Shown: positions 56,051-64,000 of the stretch, piece after piece
Layout of the letters: every line of letters begins with the position of its first letter
How positions within the stretch are numbered: position 1 is the first letter of the stretch
Assembly: GCA_038059695.1 (NCBI GenBank)
Contig: JBBTIZ010000023.1
Location: forward strand, 13,427 to 77,426
DNA length: 64,000 bases
Direction of reading: 5' to 3'
From: Planctomycetota bacterium
GTDB lineage: Bacteria; Planctomycetota; MHYJ01; JACQXL01
Position numbers and translations under genes: made by a program
Notes under the pieces: generated by a model
Database searches by the model: none
What the model was told of the DNA's origin: nothing
The model's input: the letters and a program-made list of their open reading frames with translations, nothing else

Positions 56051-57364
56051 TTACGCCCGGACGATACGTTCGCTGAAACCGGCAACATTTTTGGCGGCGT
56101 TCCGGGTGTCAATAACCAGCCGGCTATGCTGGACCAACCACTGATAGTCATAAGCCGTATGGTCAGTGGAAATAACCACCACGTCCTGTTTCTTGAGCAT
56201 CTCTGCTGAAAGCGGGGTTGATTTCAGCGGCGGGAATTTATAGTGCCTCAGGTGCGGCAGTTTCGGGATAAAGGGGTCGTTATAAATTACTTTAGCGCCC
56301 TGCTCCTGGAATAACTCCATCAGTTTCAGGGACGGCGACTCCCTAATGTCATCTACATCCTTTTTATAAGCCATCCCCAATATGAGGATGCGGGAATTCT
56401 TTACTGATTTAGAACGTTTATTCAACGCTTCTATTGTCCTGGCCACGACATAATAAGGCATAGAGATGTTTATTTCACCGGCCAGTTCAATGAATCTGGT
56501 GGTCATCTCATATTGCCGCGCCTTCCAGGAAAGATAAAACGGGTCTATGGGAATGCAGTGGCCGCCCAGGCCCGGACCAGGATAAAAACTCTGGAATCCG
56601 AATGGCTTGGTGGCCGCGGCAGAAATCACCTCCCAGATATTGATGCCCATTTTGTCAAAGAGCATCTTGAGTTCGTTAACCAAAGCGATATTGACACAGC
56701 GATAGATATTCTCCATCAGTTTGGTGGACTCAGCCACCCGGGCCGAAGAGACCCGAATAACCTTGGCCACCGCCTTTTCATAGAGCATAACTGCAATATC
56801 CGTGGCGACCTTATCTACCCCGCCGACCACCTTGGGAATTTTCTCGGTAGAATATTTGGGATTGCCCGGGTCTTCGCGTTCAGGCGAAAATGCCAGATAA
56901 AAGTCCCGGCCGCATTTCAGGCCGGTTTTTTCCAGGATGGGCTTAACCACTTCATCTGTCGTGCCCGGATAGGTAGTGCTTTCCAGAACGATTAACTGTC
57001 CTTTTCTCAAATTGGCGGCGATACTTCGGGCGGTATTTTCAATGTATGACATATCCGGGTCGCGCATAACGGTCAAGGGTGTCGGAACGCAGATAATAAT
57101 CGCGTCCATGGCCTTAAGTTCCTTGAAATTGTCCGTGGCGTGAAAATGGTATTTCCGGCGCATCTCCTGGATGAGCGATGCCGGAATATGCTTGATATAC
57201 GATTTGCCCTGCTTTAAGGCCTTTATCTTAACCTGGTCAATATCAAATCCGGTTACCGGGAATCCCTTATAAGAAAAGACCTTGGCCAGGGGGAGTCCGA
57301 CATAGCCCATTCCAATAATGCCGACCTTTGCCTTGTGCGCCTTGATAAGCTCTGCAATCTTCAT
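56051..57364 (-). CDS. Nucleotide-sugar dehydrogenase (UDP-N-acetyl-D-mannosamine/glucosamine dehydrogenase-like)
   Basis: N-terminal Rossmann [15 protein letters not shown], catalytic-Cys region, about 437 aa. Confidence 0.75.
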   Translation of the reverse strand: MKIAELIKAHKAKVGIIGMGYVGLPLAKVFSYKGFPVTGFDIDQVKIKALKQGKSYIKHIPASLIQEMRRKYHFHATDNFKELKAMDAIIICVPTPLTVMRDPDMSYIENTARSIAANLRKGQLIVLESTTYPGTTDEVVKPILEKTGLKCGRDFYLAFSPEREDPGNPKYSTEKIPKVVGGVDKVATDIAVMLYEKAVAKVIRVSSARVAESTKLMENIYRCVNIALVNELKMLFDKMGINIWEVISAAATKPFGFQSFYPGPGLGGHCIPIDPFYLSWKARQYEMTTRFIELAGEINISMPYYVVARTIEALNKRSKSVKNSRILILGMAYKKDVDDIRESPSLKLMELFQEQGAKVIYNDPFIPKLPHLRHYKFPPLKSTPLSAEMLKKQDVVVISTDHTAYDYQWLVQHSRLVIDTRNAAKNVAGFSERIVRA

Positions 57365-57552
57365 AATTATGTTTACCCGTCCGGCCTATATTAGATGTCT
57401 TCTGCAAACGCTTTATTTATACTGATGTGCAGGATAGTTAATTCTGCGGATAAGTCAATAATTCAATGCCGTCTTTTTCTTGCCTTATTCAACAAGATTT
57501 AGTAGAAGAAATCCTTGATTAATTATTAGTTTAAGAAAGAAGGGGTTTAACT

Positions 57553-57717
57553 ATGCAAAGCACATACAGGCCATCAAAAACAAAACGGCGCCGCAAGGGC
57601 GGTTTCAGGGCCAGAATGAAAACCAGGGGCGGCCGCAAGGTGTTATCGCGCCGCCGGGCCAGAGGTTGCTGGAAACTAACGGTCAGCGACGAGCCGACAC
57701 TGAAGAATCGGAAGTAA
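57553..57717 (+). CDS. rpmH: 50S ribosomal protein L34 (with about 10-aa C-terminal extension); absent from the ORF track
   Basis: Translates to [54 protein letters not shown]. The first 44 aa match the L34 consensus (..P...KR.R.HGFRARM.T..GR.VL..RR.KGR..LTV). RBS GAAGGGG. Confidence 0.6.
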   Translation: MQSTYRPSKTKRRRKGGFRARMKTRGGRKVLSRRRARGCWKLTVSDEPTLKNRK

Positions 57718-57731
57718 TCCCTGCGCCATGG

Positions 57732-58220
57732 TTACTTGCGGTACAGTTTCTTTTTAAGAGCATCCTGGATTTCGGCCGGAACAAACAACCTCATATCCGC
57801 ACCCAACGAAATCGCTTCTTTCAGCAGGTGGGACGAAATATAAGAATATTTCTCGCAGGTCATCACAAAGACCGTTTCTATGTCCGGCGCAATGGCCCGG
57901 TTGGTTAGGGCCATCTGGAATTCATATTCAAAATCTGAAATTGTCCTGATACCGCGCAGGATAATATTGGTCTTCTGCCGGCGGACATAATCAATTAACA
58001 GCCCCTTGAACGAATCTACTTTGACATTAGAATATTTAACCGCTACCTTTTTTATATGCTTGACCCGCTCCTGCCTGGAGAAAATGGGATTTTTGGCGGG
58101 ATTGTCAGCCACAGCCACAATCAGCTCGCTGAATATCTTGGCGCCGCGTTCAATCACATCAATATGCCCTTTGGTCAACGGGTCAAAGGTTCCGGCATAA
58201 ATGGCTTTACTCATAATCAA
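57732..58220 (-). CDS. coaD: Phosphopantetheine adenylyltransferase
   Basis: IYAGTFDPLTKGHIDVIERG. Confidence 0.85.
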   Translation of the reverse strand: MIMSKAIYAGTFDPLTKGHIDVIERGAKIFSELIVAVADNPAKNPIFSRQERVKHIKKVAVKYSNVKVDSFKGLLIDYVRRQKTNIILRGIRTISDFEYEFQMALTNRAIAPDIETVFVMTCEKYSYISSHLLKEAISLGADMRLFVPAEIQDALKKKLYRK

Positions 58221-59515
58221 CTCCTCCCGATTCCATAATAAATAAATCCCTGTTGTTTCATACCGGCCGGTTCAAAGATATTGCGTCCATCAAGAATGAC
58301 GGGCCGGCGCATCAGTTTCTTTATTCTGGCTAAATCAACCTGTCTGAATTCATCCCATTCGGTGGCAATGAACAGGCAGTCGCTTTTCTGAACCGCCTCG
58401 TAAGGATTGGAACAATAATGAACGGCCGGCAATAGTGTACGGGTTTCTTTCATTGCCTGCGGATCGTAGGCCTTGATATACGCCTTCTCGCGGAGTAACT
58501 GCTCTATGATATAAATTGACGGCGATTCCCGGATATCATCGGTATTGGGCTTGAAGGAAAGCCCCCAGACCGCGATATGCTTACCCTTGAGATTCCCGCC
58601 CAGCGCCTTTTTAATCTTATTAATAACCATTTCGCGTTGATGAAGATTAACCTTTTGAACGGCTTTGAGTATGCCAAAGTCATAGCCCAATTTTCTTGAT
58701 ATATGGATAAAGGCGGCTACATCCTTGGGGAAACAGAAGCCGCCATATCCGATACCTGCATTAAGGAAATGCGGATTGATTCTCTTGTCCAGGCCGATGC
58801 CGTGGGTCACCATTTTTATATCGGCGCCGCTCTGTTCGCAAATATTGGCCAGGGAGTTGGCATAGGATATTTTCAGCGCCAGGAACGAATTAGCCGCATG
58901 TTTGATAAGTTCGGCGCTTTTGATGTCGGTAACCAGTATTTCGGAGCGGAATGAACCAAAAACCCGGCGCATTACCCTTTCGGCCGCTTTGCTTTTAACT
59001 CCAAGCACGATGCGGTCCGGGTAAAGAGTGGTTTTGATGGCCGAGCCCTCCTGCAGGAACTCCGGGTTTGAGACGATATCAAAACTGGCATTTTTAGGGG
59101 CGTGCAGTTTGATGATGCGCTCCATTTCTTCGGCCGTGCCGACCGGCACCGTGCTCTTTTCCACGATAATCTTATATTGGCAATTAAGGTTTACCGCTAT
59201 TTCTTTTGATACGCGGCGGATTTGCGAGAGGTTGGCGCCGCCCCACTTGCCCAGCGGAGTGCCGACCGCAATGAATATAACCTCAGCAAACCGCACGGCT
59301 TCTTTGACGTCGGTTGAGAAACTCAGCCGTCTATTGGCATAATGGCGCTTAATCAGTTTTTCCAGGCCCGGCTCATAAAAAGGCGTAATTCGTTTTCGGA
59401 GCGTCTCTATTTTCCTACGGTCGCTGTCAACGCAGATAATCTTATGTTTCTTTTCAGCCAGACACACGCCTGTAACTAAACCCACATGGCCCGAGCCGAT
59501 AATGGCAATTTTCAT
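58217..59515 (-). CDS. ugd: UDP-glucose 6-dehydrogenase
   Basis: KIAIIGSGHVGLVTGVCLAE and the GGFCFPKD catalytic-Cys motif. Confidence 0.8.
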   Translation of the reverse strand: MKIAIIGSGHVGLVTGVCLAEKKHKIICVDSDRRKIETLRKRITPFYEPGLEKLIKRHYANRRLSFSTDVKEAVRFAEVIFIAVGTPLGKWGGANLSQIRRVSKEIAVNLNCQYKIIVEKSTVPVGTAEEMERIIKLHAPKNASFDIVSNPEFLQEGSAIKTTLYPDRIVLGVKSKAAERVMRRVFGSFRSEILVTDIKSAELIKHAANSFLALKISYANSLANICEQSGADIKMVTHGIGLDKRINPHFLNAGIGYGGFCFPKDVAAFIHISRKLGYDFGILKAVQKVNLHQREMVINKIKKALGGNLKGKHIAVWGLSFKPNTDDIRESPSIYIIEQLLREKAYIKAYDPQAMKETRTLLPAVHYCSNPYEAVQKSDCLFIATEWDEFRQVDLARIKKLMRRPVILDGRNIFEPAGMKQQGFIYYGIGRS

Positions 59516-59517
59516 AT

Positions 59518-61914
59518 TTATTTAATTCCCATAATACCTTCCCCAATGCCCTTGGGTGAAAGCATAATATTGAAATTCTTCTCATCTTTGCCCTTGTCTA
59601 TTATTACGGCAAATTCAAGGAAGAATTCATGCAAGTCCCGGCGCAGGGAATAACGCCGGTTGATAAAATCACCGGCCTGGAAATCATATTGGTCCGCAAC
59701 GGATAATTCCCACTTTTCCAGCGGAGAACAGGTCAGGTTCAGGCCGTAGGTATCGGTGCGGTCCAGGATATAATTGCCGTACAAAGAAACCAGCCACTGG
59801 GAATAAGGCACGAAATTAACATTAAAATACCAGACCTCGCCCTGATGAGTATTGGTATTATACTGCCAAACTGTTCTGAATGAAAACGGCGCCGCCGGGG
59901 TAAGCAGAACATCCAGATTAAGGTCGGAGATTTTCCGTTCGGGAAAATCATTGCTTTCCACCGGCGGAATCGTCAGCGAACTCATCGGGTAAAGATAGTT
60001 TGATGCGGTATTGGTAATCGGCTTGGAATAACGCTCGATGGACAGGCCGATATTCAGGAATTCATTATAAGCGCCGTTATGCTCCGACTTGAAACGGTTC
60101 CTGATTTCAAAGAACCATTCACCAAATTCATCGTACCGGTCGGTATTATCAAAAAAGTATAAGTCCGAAGACGGGGCGCTAACGTAACTGTTATTGGTAT
60201 AGCGGACATCAAAAGACACTGTGTGCACGGGCTTGGAAATGCCCAACGGTTTCTCTTTAAGGTCAAAAGCGCGGTAAAACTGGGTGAACACTCTGGCGCC
60301 TTCCGAGCCGACAAACCGAACGGTATAATTATTATCCTGCGGTGTTTTGTTGTACCCGGTCCACCGGCCCAAGACAAACGGGGTAAATTTAATAAAACTC
60401 ATTTCTAACGGAACGGATATTTCGTTAAAACTGTCTATGCGGTTGGCTTGATAGCCGGGAATTTCAGGCAGGTCATCCCGTTCTCTCTGCATACTGGAAA
60501 TCTCCATAGTTCCCGAATAGTATAAAAACGGTATCGAACCGGAAAAGACCAGCGGCTCATTCATCAGATACGCTTTGAGGCGCGGCTGATAATCTGTTTT
60601 ATTGCGGAAACTGTTAAGGGTCGGCTGTTCAAGCAGAACCATTGCTTTATTATATCGCAGGTAACGCAAATACACATAAGATTCTGGCGGCTTTTGTTCC
60701 TTATACTCATCGTTAAAGAATTCCGGCAGGAAGTAGCGGTCCGAAAGATAATACATCTCCACATCGCCGCGCAGGTTAGGGGTAACATTTTGCCGGTGGA
60801 ACACCTGCAGCCGGCCCCTTTCCTCGTTAGTTACCGTAGCCATTTCCTGGGGCGTTTTGTATAATAAGGTGTTGTATTTCAAATCAGGGTCAGGGCCTTT
60901 ATCCTGGATATAATAACCCTTGGTAAAACCCTCATAGTTCCGCCAGTCGTATTCCAGTTTCGGTTCCGAGGCCCAGCCGCGTTTCTCGTAAATATGTTCA
61001 TCCAGCGTCAGGTCGCCCCATAATTTAGTTTTATAATAACCGTCCCGGTCCTTCATAATCTCCCCTTTTTCGTCACGGACATATTTGGTGATATTCAGCC
61101 CTAATTTTATGTCCGTGCTCTGGCCCAGTCGGGTAGATTTGGAAAAGCGGGCGGTCCTTAAAATAGAATCCTCGCCCAGCGTTTTCTTGTAATAAGGAAT
61201 ATAAAAAACCGGGATGCCGACTATATGCGGCACCAGATGGTTAATAATAATATGCTTGCCGGACTCATCCTTGATAAAAGACACCTGATGCGCCCAAAAA
61301 TAATAATGCGGCTGGCCATGCGGGCAGGTGGTGACCGAAGCATTGCGGGCAATTATCGTGCTTTTATTTACCTGGTAGGCAATGTTTGCCCTGATGACAA
61401 CGGTAAGTTCCTGCCCGCGGTTATCCCGGCTCGAGGTTCTGATTTCCAGGTTGATAATAATCGCCGTATCGTTGATAAAATTATAGTAAAAACGGTCCGC
61501 GGATAAAATGTCGTTCTCGCTAATGACCTTGACATTCTCTTCGGCATAAACCTCATCAAATATAAGATCCTTGCCCGTCATCATATTTTCCTGCTTGGTT
61601 TTATTACGCGCGATAAGCGTTTCGGCTTTTAGTATCTTACCGGCCTGGTATAATTCCACCTTATTGGTAAAAGCCGTAATCTGGACGCTGTCCTCCTTGC
61701 GGATTTCCATCTGCCCGTAACGGACATAGGCCGAGGGCTCGGATTTCTGCGGGGCAGATTCGGCCGGCCCAACAGTTTTGGCAGGCGCCGGCGACGTTGC
61801 GGTATCTTTACCGTTCTTTTCCTGGGCAAAAGAAGCAAAAGGCGCATTGCCAAGCACTCCCAGGCCGCATACGAATAGTATCTTCCAAAACTGTTTCATA
61901 ACACCTATCTTCAT
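59518..61914 (-). CDS. lptD: LPS-assembly outer-membrane protein LptD/OstA-like
   Basis: Signal peptide, OstA-like N-terminal domain, beta-strand-rich C-terminal region of about 550 aa. Size is about 800 aa. Confidence 0.5.
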   Translation of the reverse strand: MKIGVMKQFWKILFVCGLGVLGNAPFASFAQEKNGKDTATSPAPAKTVGPAESAPQKSEPSAYVRYGQMEIRKEDSVQITAFTNKVELYQAGKILKAETLIARNKTKQENMMTGKDLIFDEVYAEENVKVISENDILSADRFYYNFINDTAIIINLEIRTSSRDNRGQELTVVIRANIAYQVNKSTIIARNASVTTCPHGQPHYYFWAHQVSFIKDESGKHIIINHLVPHIVGIPVFYIPYYKKTLGEDSILRTARFSKSTRLGQSTDIKLGLNITKYVRDEKGEIMKDRDGYYKTKLWGDLTLDEHIYEKRGWASEPKLEYDWRNYEGFTKGYYIQDKGPDPDLKYNTLLYKTPQEMATVTNEERGRLQVFHRQNVTPNLRGDVEMYYLSDRYFLPEFFNDEYKEQKPPESYVYLRYLRYNKAMVLLEQPTLNSFRNKTDYQPRLKAYLMNEPLVFSGSIPFLYYSGTMEISSMQRERDDLPEIPGYQANRIDSFNEISVPLEMSFIKFTPFVLGRWTGYNKTPQDNNYTVRFVGSEGARVFTQFYRAFDLKEKPLGISKPVHTVSFDVRYTNNSYVSAPSSDLYFFDNTDRYDEFGEWFFEIRNRFKSEHNGAYNEFLNIGLSIERYSKPITNTASNYLYPMSSLTIPPVESNDFPERKISDLNLDVLLTPAAPFSFRTVWQYNTNTHQGEVWYFNVNFVPYSQWLVSLYGNYILDRTDTYGLNLTCSPLEKWELSVADQYDFQAGDFINRRYSLRRDLHEFFLEFAVIIDKGKDEKNFNIMLSPKGIGEGIMGIK

Positions 61915-62045
61915 AATTTATAATCAGGCAAAGTCAAACAAAACCACCCAAAACTTGACCCCGCACTTATTCCGATGTAGTATTTATAATCGCGCTGGGC
62001 TAAGCGCGGACGCCGGGCATAAATGGATACCCCGCGCCTTTTGAT

Positions 62046-62118
62046 GCTCCCGTAGTTCAATTGGATAGAGCACTGGCCTCCGAAGCCAGGAGTACAGGTT
62101 CGAGTCCTGTCGGGAGTA
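62046..62118 (+). tRNA. tRNA-Arg (anticodon CCG)
   Basis: Acceptor gctcccg/cgggagt (G1-U72), U8, anticodon stem ctggc/gccag with loop cuCCGaa, T-arm with GTTCGAG. No encoded CCA. Confidence 0.75.
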
Positions 62119-62241
62119 ATAAAAGGTGCGGGGGCGGAACCGTAAAATAAAATGAACATTTTCTTGATTTATAGACGGATATATGCTAAATTACTTTATA
62201 GATAATCCGCGTAATAATCTATTACAGGGGAGGATATTTTT

Positions 62242-62718
62242 ATGCCAACTATTGTAGAATGTCCGCTTTGCGATACCAAGTATGATATTGCCTCTCTCAA
62301 AGACGGGATGAAATTAAAATGCACCCGCTGCCATAAAGTAGTCGGCACAATCAGCGGCGGCGATTTGCTGCCCATTTTAGAGACCATTAAAGCCCCGATA
62401 TCTCCAAAGAAAATCGCACCGCCACCGCCGCGCCGTGTTGTTGAGGAGGTTTCTGAGGACGGCGAGGGCGAATACGAAGAAGTTATCGTCCGAAAAAGAA
62501 TCCCGAAAAGCGGAGCGCGTCCCAGATTAGAAATGGCTCCCAGAATACCCAGGGAAAAACCGCCGGCCATGCTGGTGCTGGCCGGATTAACCGGCCTGGC
62601 GGCTCTGGTGGCTGTTATTTATGTTACGGTGCTCCTGTATCAACCGCAGGAAATATTCAAGGCGCCCAAAAAACATGATGCTAAAACCACGGCGGCCGAT
62701 ACCAACTCCGATAAATAA
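62242..62718 (+). CDS. Hypothetical zinc-ribbon protein with C-terminal TM helix
   Basis: CPLCDTKY...CTRCHK, Pro/Glu-rich middle, TM MLVLAGLTGLAALVAVIYV. Confidence 0.4.
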   Translation: MPTIVECPLCDTKYDIASLKDGMKLKCTRCHKVVGTISGGDLLPILETIKAPISPKKIAPPPPRRVVEEVSEDGEGEYEEVIVRKRIPKSGARPRLEMAPRIPREKPPAMLVLAGLTGLAALVAVIYVTVLLYQPQEIFKAPKKHDAKTTAADTNSDK

Positions 62719-62730
62719 CGGAATAGTAAA

Positions 62731-64000
62731 ATGGGAAATGCCTTGTGGCTAAACCTGGGCGAAATGCTCAGGGTAAATTCCGTAAAATATCCCCACAAAA
62801 CCGCATTCAAGGATAAATCCTCAGCCCAAACCTTCAGCCAATTAAACCGGCGGGTCAATAAACTCTCGCATCTCCTGCTCGGTCTCGGCCTGCAAAAAGG
62901 AGATAAGATTTCCTGTTTCCTGGAAAACTGCCTGGAGATTGTTGAGTTATATCTGGCCTGCGCCAAAACCGGCATAATAATAAATCCCATAAATTTCCGC
63001 CTGAACGGCTCTGACGTGTCTTATATCATCAATAACGCCGACAGCAAAGCCCTTTTCGTCCACAGCGAATTTACGCCGCTTATCGAATCAATCAGGAATT
63101 CCCTGGCTCAGGTAAAACATTATTTTATTATCCCCTGTGCGGAGCATCGGTCGGGAGCACCCATCCCCGATGGACATCGGGATGGTCGGGAGCGCACCGG
63201 AGCGCACCGGGAACATAATTCTCCCGGCATTCCGGCCGATATTGCGCCGGCCCTGCGCCGGAAATACGGAGATTATGAACTGTCCCTAAAAGAAATGCCG
63301 GATGCCGAACCAAACTGCCCCGTAAAGCCGGATGATATCTGGGTGCTATTATACACCTCGGGCACGACCGGCCAGCCCAAGGGCGTACTGCGCTCCCACG
63401 AATCTTATATCGCTTTCTATCTTATCAATGCCGGCGACTTCGGGTTTATGCCGGGCGATATCTGCCTAAATGTAATGCCCTTATGCCACGTCAATACCAC
63501 CTTTTTCTCCTTCGCTATCACCTATATGGGCGGCAGTGTTTACGTCCATCCGGCCCGGCGCTTCGACCCAAATGAAATACTCCAGGTTATCGAAAGGGAA
63601 AAAATAACCTTTATTTCGCTGATACCCACGCACTATCATCTCCTCTTGAATCTGCCCGAGGATATCCGCGGGAAATATAATGTCAGTTCCATAAAGAAAC
63701 TGCTTTGCTCCTCGGCGCCGGCCCGCGGTAATATCAAAAAACAGGTAATGGATTATTTTAAGGGCGTGGAATTGTATGAAGGATACGGCTCCACCGAAGC
63801 CGGCATTGTCACGGTCTTAAGGCCCGAAGAACAACTGGCCAAGGCCGGCTCCATCGGCCGGGAATCATCGGGCACCGATTGCATAAAACTGCTGGACAGC
63901 AAGCGCCGGGAGGTTGCCAACGGCCAGGTCGGCGAATTGTATTCCCGCGGCCCGATGCTCTTCAGTGGTTATTACAAATTGCCGGCCAAGACCCAATCGG
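62731..64000 (+). CDS. AMP-dependent synthetase/ligase (acyl-CoA synthetase-like), 3'-partial, with an in-frame low-complexity insertion
   Basis: AMP-binding motif LLYTSGTTGQPKGV, then GYGSTE and LFSGYY. Not in the ORF track because it runs off the window. Insertion ~AEHRSGAPIPDGHRDGRERTGAHREHNSPGIP encoded by hairpin/tandem 9-mers. Confidence 0.6.
   Translation, partial: MGNALWLNLGEMLRVNSVKYPHKTAFKDKSSAQTFSQLNRRVNKLSHLLLGLGLQKGDKISCFLENCLEIVELYLACAKTGIIINPINFRLNGSDVSYIINNADSKALFVHSEFTPLIESIRNSLAQVKHYFIIPCAEHRSGAPIPDGHRDGRERTGAHREHNSPGIPADIAPALRRKYGDYELSLKEMPDAEPNCPVKPDDIWVLLYTSGTTGQPKGVLRSHESYIAFYLINAGDFGFMPGDICLNVMPLCHVNTTFFSFAITYMGGSVYVHPARRFDPNEILQVIEREKITFISLIPTHYHLLLNLPEDIRGKYNVSSIKKLLCSSAPARGNIKKQVMDYFKGVELYEGYGSTEAGIVTVLRPEEQLAKAGSIGRESSGTDCIKLLDSKRREVANGQVGELYSRGPMLFSGYYKLPAKTQS

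Noticed and set aside
57666-57908. 80-aa plus-strand ORF
   Set aside because: Begins inside the rpmH 3' end and runs antisense through coaD. No features.

Overview
The window is a 64-kb chromosomal segment from a Gram-negative bacterium, probably an uncultured lineage, with roughly 50% GC overall. Evidence for a diderm: an LPS-core biosynthesis cluster (a GT2 glycosyltransferase, a partial GT4, two GT9 heptosyltransferases and a Kdo/WaaP-family kinase), LptD, SurA-like, CsgG-like and HtrA genes, and a T2SS pseudopilin operon. Recognisable housekeeping genes are tRNA-Gln/Glu/Arg, dapL-like, tsaD, ctpA, gcvPA/PB/H, trxA, ndk, prfA-prmC, coaD, ugd and an L34 gene (rpmH) that is absent from the ORF track. 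The most unusual part is a visibly AT-rich island at about 27.1-34.0 kb. It carries a Type III restriction-modification system whose mod gene is split by a C9/G9 homopolymer, which looks like a phase-variation switch. It also carries two co-oriented genes with no recognisable domains, and 5 x 22-bp tandem repeats in the operon's upstream region. Next to it is a two-gene cassette, a nonapeptide-repeat protein plus an unknown 264-aa protein, flanked by about 55-bp direct repeats that each form two hairpins, with a 27-aa toxin-like small ORF beside it. The genome is littered with several families of short palindromic (REP/MITE-like) repeats. Some are inserted in-frame in coding sequences (the LPS kinase, gcvPA, the acyl-CoA synthetase), and there are arrays of CACGAAT motifs in four intergenic regions. 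Other notable items: a GcvH paralog lacking the lipoyl-lysine, a stand-alone LigD phosphoesterase domain, an MshEN-like triple-repeat zinc-ribbon protein, a giant 1823-aa outer-membrane protein, and a fused heme-b/Fe-S/CCG membrane oxidoreductase directly after the gspG-M genes. Hand-derived coordinates for tRNAs, repeats and small ORFs may be off by 1-2 nt.
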